NCBI GenBank assembly: GCA_049513715.1
Contig: JBEKVV010000001.1
Location: forward strand, 320,001 to 384,000
Direction: 5' to 3'
DNA: 64,000 nt
DNA from: Candidatus Bathyarchaeia archaeon
GTDB lineage: Archaea > Thermoproteota > Bathyarchaeia > 40CM-2-53-6
The notes beneath the pieces are model-generated. The model saw nothing but the letters and a program-made list of their open reading frames with translations, made no database searches and had not been told where the DNA came from. The translations under genes and the position numbers were made by a program. Positions 31,281-41,389 of this stretch are shown here, one piece after another. Every line of letters begins with the position of its first letter. The first letter of the stretch is position 1.

Positions 31281-31958
31281 CTAGGAGTGAAGCACTCTCG
31301 TTCCTGTTTTCTCGTTCCGGAGGGCCTTTAAGACGTTCTCTGGATTTCGACCGTCCAGAATTACAGTCGGAATTTTGGAGCGCTGTATGATTCGTAGCGC
31401 AAGCGGGTCCATTAGGTCGTATGCTCCTGCAGTGATCTCGCCTTTCGCTAGGATTTCCATCAGCCGCGGCAATTGCACTTCATCCAGCTTCTTGGCCTTC
31501 GGATCCTTGATTGGGTCTGCGGTATAGACGCCGTCAACATCTGTGGCGTTCACGAAGAGGTCGGCGTTGATCGTTTCCGCGGCGATCGCTGCAACTGCGT
31601 TTGTTGAGTGTCCAGGCGTCAGCCCGCCCATTGCAACTATTTTTCCTGACGAAAAATAGTGGCGCAACTCATCTATATTCACGGGGATTTCAGGAAAGGC
31701 GTCTTCCCCTAAACCATCGATAAGTAACCTTGCGTTTATCCTACTGACCATGATTCCGAGTTGGTCGCACTGGGACTCGGGCACGCCCATTTCACGCGCG
31801 GCTTTGATGTAGACGCGGGCGATTGGGCCTCCGCCAGTGACAACGACAAGTTGAGACTCTCCCACATGTTCCTTGAAGAGTTTCACATAGTCTTCGACGA
31901 TTGGTTTCGCAGTTTTGTCGGAGAAGGCGAAGCCACCCAGCTTGACGACGGCCTTCAA
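31281..31958 (-). CDS. pyrH: UMP kinase
   Basis: VVKLGG, VTGGG..AR.YI, PGHSTNAVA and TDVDGVYTADP. Confidence 0.96.
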   Translation of the reverse strand: MKAVVKLGGFAFSDKTAKPIVEDYVKLFKEHVGESQLVVVTGGGPIARVYIKAAREMGVPESQCDQLGIMVSRINARLLIDGLGEDAFPEIPVNIDELRHYFSSGKIVAMGGLTPGHSTNAVAAIAAETINADLFVNATDVDGVYTADPIKDPKAKKLDEVQLPRLMEILAKGEITAGAYDLMDPLALRIIQRSKIPTVILDGRNPENVLKALRNEKTGTRVLHS

Positions 31959-32083
31959 GACCTATGCCTCAAGCCGTACTGGGTACTGGGTGTTATTTGA
32001 CTTCTGAAAGGTGAAGCTTCGCGTCGCCGCCACCAACCAACTATATAAAATCCGAATGGTTACCATGCGGAAAGGACTTTCCA

Positions 32084-33346
32084 ATGCCGCCTAAGTCCAG
32101 TTCAGACTCTATTGCGAGGTTTAGGCTGAAACGGACATTGGAAATGTTAGCCTCGAAAGAAGGGCGCGGCACAGAGCTGATCACCCTTTACGTTCCTCCT
32201 GAGCGGCGGATTCACGACGTCATGGCCAACCTCAGAGAAGAATCTGGAACAGCTACGAACATCAAATCCAGGACTACAAGGAAAAACGTTCTGGAGGCGA
32301 TTGACCGCACGATGCAACGCCTGAGGCTGTTCAAAGAGCCGCCCCCGAATGGCCTTGTGATTTTCTGCGGGGCAATTCCCCACGGTGGCCCTGGAACGGA
32401 AAAAATGGAAACATACGTCCTAGAACCCCCGGAACCGATCAATGTGTACTTCTACCGATGCGATGCGAAATTTCACATTGAACCGCTTCTGGCGATGGCG
32501 ACGGAGCGGGACGCGTATGGGGTTATTGTGATAGACTCGGCCGATGCGGTCGTGGCAATGGTACGAGGCCAGAGGATGGAAGTCCTGCAGCAGATGAGCT
32601 CAGGGATACCTGGGAAGCATCGGGCGGGGGGCCAGTCGGCTCGACGCTTCGAAAGAATCAGAGAGCAAGCGATGAACGATTACTTCCACAGGATTGGGAG
32701 ACATTCCTACGAGCTGCTCAGCAAGATCTCAGGGCTGAAAGGAATCATAGTCGGCGGGCCCGGACCAACGAAGTACGACTTTACTGAAGGTGACTACCTC
32801 AATTACATGTTGAAAGAGAAGATCCTCGCCACCATTGACACCTCATACGTCGGGGAACAAGGCGTTAATGAGATTATTGCTAAGAGCCAGGATGTCCTCA
32901 AGGGCGTTAGGTATCTGGAGGAGAAGAAACTCGTTCAGAGATTCCTCTACGAGATAGGTCACGATACAGGTTTGGGTGTTTACGGGGAGACGCAGGTTCG
33001 CAAGTACCTCAACTTAGGCGTAGTTGACCTACTCCTTGTCTCTGAGAAGATGAACATACTCCACGTTTACACGAAATGTAAGAACTGTGGCGCTGTTGAT
33101 GACGCATTGATACCTCAGGCTGGGTTCGTGAAATTCGAGCAGGATCTCATGGCTAGTGCGTGCAAGAAATGTAATTCTGCCGCCCTCTCTGTGGACGAAA
33201 CGAAAGACTTGGTTGATGAGTTGATTGATATTGCCGAGAAGGCAAACGCGAACGTGGCGGTAATTTCGACCGAGACTGATGAAGGGGTTATGTTGAAGGA
33301 TTCTTTCGGTGGAATCGCAGCGATTTTGCGGTACAAGGCGTCTTAG
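32084..33346 (+). CDS. prf1: Peptide chain release factor aRF1
   Basis: NIKS, YRCD and GGQSARRF motifs. Confidence 0.98.
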   Translation: MPPKSSSDSIARFRLKRTLEMLASKEGRGTELITLYVPPERRIHDVMANLREESGTATNIKSRTTRKNVLEAIDRTMQRLRLFKEPPPNGLVIFCGAIPHGGPGTEKMETYVLEPPEPINVYFYRCDAKFHIEPLLAMATERDAYGVIVIDSADAVVAMVRGQRMEVLQQMSSGIPGKHRAGGQSARRFERIREQAMNDYFHRIGRHSYELLSKISGLKGIIVGGPGPTKYDFTEGDYLNYMLKEKILATIDTSYVGEQGVNEIIAKSQDVLKGVRYLEEKKLVQRFLYEIGHDTGLGVYGETQVRKYLNLGVVDLLLVSEKMNILHVYTKCKNCGAVDDALIPQAGFVKFEQDLMASACKKCNSAALSVDETKDLVDELIDIAEKANANVAVISTETDEGVMLKDSFGGIAAILRYKAS

Positions 33347-34542
33347 GCAAATCGAATCGACATGAACTCTCGCCTGATCCGCGACACATCCTTCCTGATT
33401 TTCTTCGGGTCCTCGTTGCCACCCCAGAGCCGTGCAATTAGCTCTGCTATTTCGCCCATCTGGGACTCTCGCATTCCCCGCCTGGTCTCTTCACTAGTCC
33501 CGATTCTGATTCCAGCGTCGGCGATTATGTTGGCTTCCTCGAGCCTCCGAGCCAACCGCGCACCTTCCTCGGGCGCCGCAATGTCTACGATCACTTGGTG
33601 GGATTCGGTGAACCCATGTTCCTTTCCGACAAGCTTGACTCCATGCTCGTCGAGCGCAATGGCCAGAGCTTTGCTGTTACGGACCACCTGCTGAGCATAC
33701 TGCCTACCAAATCGTTTCATTTCAGACAGTGCGACGTACATTGCCGCAATTCGGTTCCAGTGAGCATTGTCGACAAGTGCTGGGAGAACAACCTCACGCA
33801 GTGCGTCGGCGTGGTCGTTGGATACGATTAACCCACCTTGCGGCCCGAAGAAACTCTTGTGCGTGGAGCCGATCAATACCTCAGCACCTTCTCTGAGAGG
33901 GTCTTGGAATTGGCCTCCTGCAATCAAACCGAGAACGTGCGCGCCATCAAAGACAATGTTTGCGCCCACTTTGCGGCAGGTGTCAGCTAACTTTTCCACT
34001 GGGTGGGGGAACAGGATCAGACTCGCCCCGAAAATCACAACGCGGGGGCGTTCTTGTTCGATCGCTACTGCTGCCTTTCCGGCATCTATGTTCCAGGCTT
34101 CTTTGTTGAAGGGGAACTCGGTAACCTGGAGCCCATAGAGTCTCGGGTAGCCGTCTTGTGAGATGCCTGGGTAGCCGCCAAAGGACGGGCCCACAACCAT
34201 TACCTTGTCTCCATGGTTTGCTAGGGCTGTGAGTGCGATCATGTCGCATGAGTGGCCCGAGATTGGCCTAACGTCAGCGTACTTTGCGTGGAAAACCTCC
34301 TTCGCCAACTCCTCTGTCTCGTGTTGTAGCTCGTCTGTGTATCGGGTTCCCATGTAGAACCCTTCATGTGAAGTGTAGCGATTAGCAAAGTCGAGGCTCA
34401 GCATTGATCGAACCGTGGGGCTGGAGTAGTTTTCGGATGCAAGGAGGTTGAGACAGTTCTCCAGTCGCCATTTCTCGTGACTGCGTATGATGCGTCGCAG
34501 TGTCGGAGGAATTTTCATTCTCGGTCGCGCGCGCCGCTTCAT
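33343..34542 (-). CDS. glyA: Serine hydroxymethyltransferase (archaeal type)
   Basis: NLLASEN, DGAHVLGLIAGG and GSTHKSFFGPQGG (PLP lysine). Confidence 0.95.
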   Translation of the reverse strand: MKRRARPRMKIPPTLRRIIRSHEKWRLENCLNLLASENYSSPTVRSMLSLDFANRYTSHEGFYMGTRYTDELQHETEELAKEVFHAKYADVRPISGHSCDMIALTALANHGDKVMVVGPSFGGYPGISQDGYPRLYGLQVTEFPFNKEAWNIDAGKAAVAIEQERPRVVIFGASLILFPHPVEKLADTCRKVGANIVFDGAHVLGLIAGGQFQDPLREGAEVLIGSTHKSFFGPQGGLIVSNDHADALREVVLPALVDNAHWNRIAAMYVALSEMKRFGRQYAQQVVRNSKALAIALDEHGVKLVGKEHGFTESHQVIVDIAAPEEGARLARRLEEANIIADAGIRIGTSEETRRGMRESQMGEIAELIARLWGGNEDPKKIRKDVSRIRREFMSIRFA

Positions 34543-35013
34543 TATGCTTCGCCTATCGTGAAGTAAACTCGAGCTTTCTAATGGGTTGGTTATGTTGGGA
34601 TGAGAACGGAATTCGGTGTCGGCTCAATAACTGTGCGAGAACTCCATCGTGGTTGACGGGGCGTACTAGGAGATGCTTAATTGTGGTTCTAGGGGGCTCG
34701 AGCTCTGACTCTACACTCCCTCCACAAAAGTCCTGATGTGCCATTCCAGATCATTCCGGAGGAGGCGAACATAACCGAAAATCTGCCCTTTCTTCCACAT
34801 CTGCCAAATACCAGCGCTTCTGAAGCCCTCGGCTAGTAGGGTTCGCCGGAAGCGTTCAATGGACCAAGGGGAAATGGAGAGCACGTAAAATCACAAGCGA
34901 ATGCTTCCATTAATCCGCGCCGGGACGCCGACATGAGGCACCCTTCGAATTGGTCCAATCTTATGGAGTACGGGTGGGTGTCGGTAATTTTGGGGGGACG
35001 TGTTACTTTGCGC

Positions 35014-35415
35014 CTATACGCGACGCCCGCGCCGGCCACCTGGCCTACGGGTTCCATCGTGGGGAATCGGGGTGACATCTTCGATTCTTCCAATTCTAAA
35101 ACCCGCCCTAGCAAGCATGCGAATCGCCGCTTGCGCACCTGGGCCGGGTGTTCGGGCCTTGTGCCCACCGGGGGCTCTGACACGGATATGAAGTGAAGTT
35201 ATTCCCCTGTCCTTCGCAACCCTGGCCGCCGCCCCGGCCGCCTGCATTGCAGCATAAGGCGACCCCTGCAACCTGTCAGCCTTGACATGTTGTCCGCCCG
35301 CGCTGCGGGAAATCGTCTCTGCCCCGCTAAGGTCGGTAATGTGAACTAGGGTGTTGTTGAATGATGAGTAAATGTTGGCGATGCCCCATCTTTGGGCTAC
35401 TTTCTTCTCAGACAT
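35014..35415 (-). CDS. rps11: 30S ribosomal protein S11 (uS11)
   Basis: [25 protein letters not shown] and [10 protein letters not shown]. Confidence 0.98.
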   Translation of the reverse strand: MSEKKVAQRWGIANIYSSFNNTLVHITDLSGAETISRSAGGQHVKADRLQGSPYAAMQAAGAAARVAKDRGITSLHIRVRAPGGHKARTPGPGAQAAIRMLARAGFRIGRIEDVTPIPHDGTRRPGGRRGRRV

Positions 35416-35701
35416 CCCACATGTCCTCGCGTTTCAACTGAAGAACGCAAAACAGCAAGCTCGCCATATTTAACCTTGGGGCGAAAGATGTGGCGTCATG
35501 ATTCTTCAGTTTTGGTCTGCTAATTGTCGTATGTGCTCGTTTTCGCGTTTCTCTCTGCATGGTGGCTTGAATGAAAACTCACGGATGGAAGAACTTGTTG
35601 CGCAGTTCAGTTGCTTCTTGGCCAACATTGATGAGGAGATAGGTCATCTCATGTTCCGGACAGAACTGCACAGGTAATTAATCCTCCTCGAACAGTACGC
35701 T

Positions 35702-36190
35702 ATGTCAAAATGGAATGTTGCTTTCCCCTTGAACTACCAAATTCGCTTGGCTTCGAAGTTAGACCTACGCGAAATTTGCTCAATTGAAGACGATTCTTTT
35801 TCCACACCCTATCCGCGCTACCTGATGGCGAAACTGCTTGAGTACAACCCAAGCACGTTCCTCGTTGTCGTTGACGAGTCGGGCAGGCTGTTGGCATACT
35901 GTGTCGCTTCGATAAACGGAAAGTCAGCGCACCTGATTTCTGTCGCAGTTGTGGGGAACGCTCGTAGGAAGGGAGCCGCGACGCTTCTCTTGAGAGGGCT
36001 ATTTGGGCGGCTCGTTGGGTTCGGTGTTGGGGAGGTATGGTTAGAGGTCAACGCCCATGACATGGGCGCGGTTACGCTGTATCTGAAGTTAGGCTTTGAG
36101 AAGTTAATGACTGTTGATAACTACTATTCGGACGGTTCAGCGGCGATTAAGATGCGCCTAAGCCTCAGTTCGGGGGTCGTTCACGAGTAA
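35702..36190 (+). CDS. rimI: RimI/Ard1-family N-acetyltransferase
   Basis: HLISVAV..RRKG, WLEV and LYLKLGF..YYSDG. Confidence 0.88.
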   Translation: MSKWNVAFPLNYQIRLASKLDLREICSIEDDSFSTPYPRYLMAKLLEYNPSTFLVVVDESGRLLAYCVASINGKSAHLISVAVVGNARRKGAATLLLRGLFGRLVGFGVGEVWLEVNAHDMGAVTLYLKLGFEKLMTVDNYYSDGSAAIKMRLSLSSGVVHE

Positions 36191-38529
36191 TGAAATGCCG
36201 TTTCTTTCTCCTTGACGTGAACGAGGCTCACGATGCTGAAAAGCCAACCGTGCGGCTGTGGGGTGTGGACGACGAAGGACATCGAATTGCAATTCTCGCG
36301 ACCCAGATCAAACCTTACTTTTACATCGTTCCTGCAAAGAACGTTGAACTGAAATCGATTCGGGAGAGACTGCTAAAGAGTCATGGTGAATCGATAGAGA
36401 CTGCCCAAGTTACCGAAGAAGGCAAGAAGTTACTCGGACAAGAAAGAACCGTTCTCAAGGTAACCTGCAGTGATTACGAGGCGGTAAATCGTTACTCCAG
36501 GGAAATTCCGAGGCTTCTGGTAGGAGCGCAATGCTATGAGCAGGACATCAGACTCTCGGTTCGGTACATAATTGATTACACGCTGACTCCTTGCGGGTGG
36601 AACCAATGCGACGTAGACGAGGCCGACCTCGGTGGTCTCAGGGTCAACCGCGCATATGTTGCTAGCAGTGTCGTTGCGAGCGTCAGGAAAGAAGAAGATG
36701 AGGCCCCGAAGCTGCGGGTAATGGGGTTCAGCTTACTTACGGCCTCAGAGAGGGGCTCTGCGAAAGCTGAAAGGGACCCAGTTCGCGCAATAGCTGCAGT
36801 TACAAACTCAGGAGAATCAAGAACCTTCGTCAACGAAGGCGACAACGACTCAGCTGCTCTGAACGAGTTTGCATTCTTCGTCAACCAGTTCGACCCCGAC
36901 ATAATTGTGGGTTTCGAAAACAACAGGCTAGACTGGCCGTATTTGATTGAGAGAGCCAAGCTTCGCAATGTAAGGCTCAATGTTGGTAGGGATGGAAGTG
37001 ACCCGCATTCGAGCCTCTTCGGTCATGTTTCCGTCGCGGGCAGGGCGAATCTGGACGTGGCTGACATTGCGGGTGGATTCCCTGAGATTAAAGTCAAAAC
37101 GATCGAAAACTTCGCCAAGTACCTTCAAGTCTCTTCCGCGCGAAAAATCACAACGATCGAAGAATTCGACCGATTCAAGCTCTGGACAGAGAAGCTAGGT
37201 CGAGAAAGACTGCTTCAGGACGTCCATCTCAGGGCTCAGGTCTCTTTGGAACTAGCGGAGGCAACCATCAACTTTCCAATGCAACTATCGACGTTGACTG
37301 GTCTGACGCTGGATCAAGTGGTGGCTGCGGCCGTAGGATTCCGTGTCGACTCATACATAATGAGAGAAGCGTGGCTTCAGGGTGAGTTAATTCCGCCCAG
37401 AAACGAGCAGCCATTCTTCACATACCGGGGCGCAATAGTCCTCGAACCGAAAACAGGAGTACATGAGAATGTCGCGGTGCTGGACTTCACTTCAATGTAC
37501 CCAAGCCTGATGGAAAAATACAACCTCTCGCCGGACACTTTCGTCAAGCCCAGCGAAAAGGCTCTTGAGGACTCAGTGTTCGTTATCCCCGATGTGGGGT
37601 ACAAATTTCGGAAAAAGCCGGATGGATTCTACCGGACCGTCATTAGGGCTCTACTCACACAGCGAAAGAAAGTCAAGGTGGAGCTAGAAACCCTTGAGGA
37701 GAAATCAACCCGTCACAAGGTTTTGAGGGAACGTGAGAGGGCGCTAAAGATCATCACGAATGCGTGTTATGGCTATGCAGGTTGGGTCGGGGCGCGGTGG
37801 TATGTTAGGGAGGTCGCCGAGTCGGCCGCTGCGTTGGGACGGGACACAATCACCAAAACAATCAGCAAGGCAGATTCCCTCGAATTACCCATCATTTATG
37901 GGGATACTGATTCAATCTTCGTCCAGAACGACCCCGAGAAAATCAAGGAACTAACGGCTTGGGCAAAGCGAGAACTCGACTTGGAAATCAGAGTTGCGCA
38001 CAAGTATGTTCGCGTTTTGTTCACCGAGGCTATGAAACGTTACGCAGGACTACAGCCCGACGGCACGCTCGACATTGTGGGCCTGGAAGTTGTTCGCGGC
38101 GACTGGTCAGACATATCCCGACAAGTTCAGGAACGAGTCCTGGAGAGCATTCTTCTCGACCGGTCCACCGAGAACGCTGTCCAACACGTCCGTACGACCA
38201 TTCGAAGATTGCAGAACGGGGAAGTCCCGATCGCCGACTTGACGATTCGCAAAACTCTAACGAAGCCCATCGAGGACTATCAGGTTCGCTCCCCTCACGT
38301 TGAGGTTGCGAAAAAACTCCTGAAGCAGGGGTGGTACTTGGCGGTAGGGGACAAAATCAGTTACGTGATCACGAAAGGGAAAGGCAAACTGTTTGAGAAG
38401 GCGGAGCCTTACGCGCAAGTTAAGCAAGACCAGGTTGATGTTGAGTACTACTTGGAAAACCAGGTGAAACCGGCCGCGATGAGAATCTTGGAGCTGTTCG
38501 GGGTAAGCGAGAAGCAGTTGGCCGACTAG
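36190..38529 (+). CDS. polB: Family B DNA polymerase (PolB3-like) with a degenerate proofreading site
   Basis: DFTSMYP, KIITNACYGY and YGDTDS are intact; the Exo I and Exo III acidic residues are absent. Confidence 0.95.
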   Translation: MKCRFFLLDVNEAHDAEKPTVRLWGVDDEGHRIAILATQIKPYFYIVPAKNVELKSIRERLLKSHGESIETAQVTEEGKKLLGQERTVLKVTCSDYEAVNRYSREIPRLLVGAQCYEQDIRLSVRYIIDYTLTPCGWNQCDVDEADLGGLRVNRAYVASSVVASVRKEEDEAPKLRVMGFSLLTASERGSAKAERDPVRAIAAVTNSGESRTFVNEGDNDSAALNEFAFFVNQFDPDIIVGFENNRLDWPYLIERAKLRNVRLNVGRDGSDPHSSLFGHVSVAGRANLDVADIAGGFPEIKVKTIENFAKYLQVSSARKITTIEEFDRFKLWTEKLGRERLLQDVHLRAQVSLELAEATINFPMQLSTLTGLTLDQVVAAAVGFRVDSYIMREAWLQGELIPPRNEQPFFTYRGAIVLEPKTGVHENVAVLDFTSMYPSLMEKYNLSPDTFVKPSEKALEDSVFVIPDVGYKFRKKPDGFYRTVIRALLTQRKKVKVELETLEEKSTRHKVLRERERALKIITNACYGYAGWVGARWYVREVAESAAALGRDTITKTISKADSLELPIIYGDTDSIFVQNDPEKIKELTAWAKRELDLEIRVAHKYVRVLFTEAMKRYAGLQPDGTLDIVGLEVVRGDWSDISRQVQERVLESILLDRSTENAVQHVRTTIRRLQNGEVPIADLTIRKTLTKPIEDYQVRSPHVEVAKKLLKQGWYLAVGDKISYVITKGKGKLFEKAEPYAQVKQDQVDVEYYLENQVKPAAMRILELFGVSEKQLAD

Positions 38530-39704
38530 GGCGCGCCGGCCACTTCCGGCAACGTCATAATCTTAACTGCGCCCGGCCTTCTCGCAAGCTCGGCAATACG
38601 GTCACCCACCACAGTTTTCACTCCTCGCTCTTCTGCCAGGTCAAGCAGCCTCTGTGTTACAACTCCGTCGAAGATGATTGTGTCGACCCCTTGGTAGTCT
38701 ACTAGTTTGCCTGCAAGCTCGCTCACGGGTAGTTTCGCGATTTCACCCATGCTCTGGTCAAGCAACACGCCCTCAAGTGTTCCTCGCAACTCCTTCGCCT
38801 TTGCCACCATGTTTTGGGGAAGCGGCACGGGGGGCGGTCGCGTCGGCACATGAACGGGTTCCGGTCTAGCGCCCGCTGGTCTTCCGGTCTCGACTGGTAC
38901 TTTCTCGCGGAGGCATCTCATCAGTTCCTTGGGTGTAAGGTCTTCAACTTCCTTGCCCAAGGGGGCGCGGGCCACGAAATCCACTGGAGCGACCTGCATC
39001 AGCTCTTTCAGTATGAGGTCGCCGCCTCTATCACCGTCTAGGTATGCGGTCGTTTCTTTGTTCTTGCATACCTCAATGATTGTCTGCGGAATCTTAGTTC
39101 CCTCAATGGCCAATGCGTTCCTAACGCCACAGCGGAGCAGGTTCACAACATCAGCGCGGCCTTCAACCAGGATAATTGAGCTGCTCGTTGCCACATCCGG
39201 TCCGGCTGGCAAGTGTTCCGGTCCATATTCGACCACGTCGGCTGAGCGGATAACCCCTCCAACCTCTCTCACGACCTCGTCGGTGCTAGGTGAGACTTCG
39301 ATTACCCAGTTGTGCAGAATCGACTTCGCTTTATCCAGTATTTGTTTCCGTTTTTCCTCTCGAATGTCAGCTAACTTGTCGAGGGTAACCTTTGCGTTGC
39401 AAGGCCCAATCCTGTCGACGCTCTCCACTGCCGCAGCAATAATGGCCGTGGAGGTTTTGTCTAAGCTCGAAGGGATTGTTATTACGCCAAAGGTCTTATC
39501 CTGCTTCGACTCCAGAGAAATTTCTATGCGTCCGATTCGGCCGGACTTCTGAAGCTCCCGTAGGTCCAAGTCTGGACCGAACAGGCCTTCCGTTTGTCCG
39601 AAGATGGCGCCAATCACGTCAGGCTTTTCGACGACGCCCTCCACTTCGAAGCGGGCGACTATCATGTATTTCGTTGTAGCCGTAAATTGTGAATTTGTTC
39701 CCAA
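38526..39704 (-). CDS. dnaG: Archaeal DnaG (primase-like, exosome-associated)
   Basis: GAIFGQTEGL, VEGRADV and DGDRGG toprim motifs. Confidence 0.96.
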   Translation of the reverse strand: MGTNSQFTATTKYMIVARFEVEGVVEKPDVIGAIFGQTEGLFGPDLDLRELQKSGRIGRIEISLESKQDKTFGVITIPSSLDKTSTAIIAAAVESVDRIGPCNAKVTLDKLADIREEKRKQILDKAKSILHNWVIEVSPSTDEVVREVGGVIRSADVVEYGPEHLPAGPDVATSSSIILVEGRADVVNLLRCGVRNALAIEGTKIPQTIIEVCKNKETTAYLDGDRGGDLILKELMQVAPVDFVARAPLGKEVEDLTPKELMRCLREKVPVETGRPAGARPEPVHVPTRPPPVPLPQNMVAKAKELRGTLEGVLLDQSMGEIAKLPVSELAGKLVDYQGVDTIIFDGVVTQRLLDLAEERGVKTVVGDRIAELARRPGAVKIMTLPEVAGAP

Positions 39705-39896
39705 TTACGAATAATCCTCCTAATGTGCTCACGTGTTCTAAAGTGAGAATCATGAGCAGTCGAACACACCTTCAAGAGTTCGCCATATAAACGCTATGCA
39801 CAGTAACACCCTGCATGCTTCAGTGGAAGAATTGTATTACAAAGAAAACGTATTATGCTCCGCGCCGGTTTCTGCGCTTAACGGTGCAAACACGTC

Positions 39897-40895
39897 TTGG
39901 TCAAAATTGGAATAAACGGTTTCGGCAGAATCGGCCGGTGCTTCTTCAGAGCCTCTAAAGCCAAAGGCCTTGACATCGTCGCTGTCAACGACATAATGGA
40001 CCCGAGAACCGCGGCTCATCTCCTCAAATACGACTCAGTGTTCGGCAAACTCCAGTACGCCGTCAACGTGGGCGCCGACGGTTTCAATGTTGACGGGAAG
40101 GAAGTCAAAGTACTATCCGTCAAGGATCCAGGAGAGATACCCTGGTCCGAGTACGGAGTGAGTATAGTTGTCGAGTCAACAGGCCTCTTCACCGACCGCA
40201 ACCTGGCTGCAAAGCACATGAACGGGGGGGCTAAGAAAGTGCTGATTTCGGCTCCCGCAAAGAATCCAGACATCACGATAGTCCCAGGTGTAAACTTGGA
40301 CAAATACGACCCCAAGGTGCACAATGTAGTCTCGCTAGCTTCATGCACCACCAACTGCGTAACCACGGTCGTTAAGGTGCTCCACGACGAGTGCAAGATT
40401 AGACATGGATTCATGTCGACAACGCACGCTTACACAGGGGACCAACGAATTCATGACCTACCGCACAAGGACCTGAGGCGAGCAAGAGCGGCGGCTCTCT
40501 CGATCATTCCGACATCAACAGGCGCAACCGTCGCAACCACAGAAGTGCTACCCGAATTGAAAGGTAAACTGAGTGGGATGTCACTGAGGGTTCCTGTGCC
40601 TGATGGCTCAATTGTTGACTTCGTCGCGGAAGTAGAACGTGAGGCTACTGTTGAATCCGTGAACAAGGCGTTCCATGCGGCCGCAAATGGGCCAATGAAA
40701 GGGATCCTGGAGTATTCCAACGAGCCACTCGTCTCTGTCGACATAATTGGCAACCCTCACTCATCCGTATTCGACTCACTCTTGACTATGGTTCTGGACA
40801 AAACCCTTGTCAAGGTTCTCGCATGGTACGATAATGAGTGGGGTTACTCCAACCGCCTCGTCGACATGGTGCAAACCATGTCGAAACACCTCTAA
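39897..40895 (+). CDS. gap: Type I (bacterial-type) glyceraldehyde-3-phosphate dehydrogenase
   Basis: INGFGRIGR, ASCTTNC, RRARAAA and WYDNEWGYS. Confidence 0.97.
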   Translation: MVKIGINGFGRIGRCFFRASKAKGLDIVAVNDIMDPRTAAHLLKYDSVFGKLQYAVNVGADGFNVDGKEVKVLSVKDPGEIPWSEYGVSIVVESTGLFTDRNLAAKHMNGGAKKVLISAPAKNPDITIVPGVNLDKYDPKVHNVVSLASCTTNCVTTVVKVLHDECKIRHGFMSTTHAYTGDQRIHDLPHKDLRRARAAALSIIPTSTGATVATTEVLPELKGKLSGMSLRVPVPDGSIVDFVAEVEREATVESVNKAFHAAANGPMKGILEYSNEPLVSVDIIGNPHSSVFDSLLTMVLDKTLVKVLAWYDNEWGYSNRLVDMVQTMSKHL

Positions 40896-41380
40896 CCCCT
40901 TCTTCGATAACCGGGTTCACGCTTCCTCCCCTTGGTCAGGAGAGGAAGTTCGTAACCAGTCTCGAGGTACGGGTACCCGTGCTCCTCATTTTGAAGCCGG
41001 TGGTAGTACTTCGGCAGTTCCTCGATGCTTCGAATATCTGATTTAGCGAGTCGACGTAACTCGCGCCAAAGAACCAGGTTTGCTCTTACCTTCTGGGAAA
41101 TGAGAATTCGAGCCAAACGTTTCGCTAGGTATACCCCTTGCCTATCAAAGTCTGTTAGAATGATGACTTCCTTCATGTTATCGAGTTCTTCGGCGAAACT
41201 GACGGCATTCATGCGGCTGCTCTGCACACACAATATGCTGCCTGAGATGCCCATTCTCCTGAGCGCGTCTCGATCCCTTTGCCCCTCTACGACTATGGCC
41301 CGGCCCTTTTCGGATTCCTGCTTAATTCTCTCGACGAGTTTTAGAAGTCTCTGAAGCCTCACTTCGACTGTGGCACGCAA
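40892..41380 (-). CDS. Small toprim-domain protein
   Basis: IVVEGQRD and ILTDFDRQG. Confidence 0.9.
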   Translation of the reverse strand: MRATVEVRLQRLLKLVERIKQESEKGRAIVVEGQRDRDALRRMGISGSILCVQSSRMNAVSFAEELDNMKEVIILTDFDRQGVYLAKRLARILISQKVRANLVLWRELRRLAKSDIRSIEELPKYYHRLQNEEHGYPYLETGYELPLLTKGRKREPGYRRRG

Positions 41381-41389
41381 GTTTCAGGG

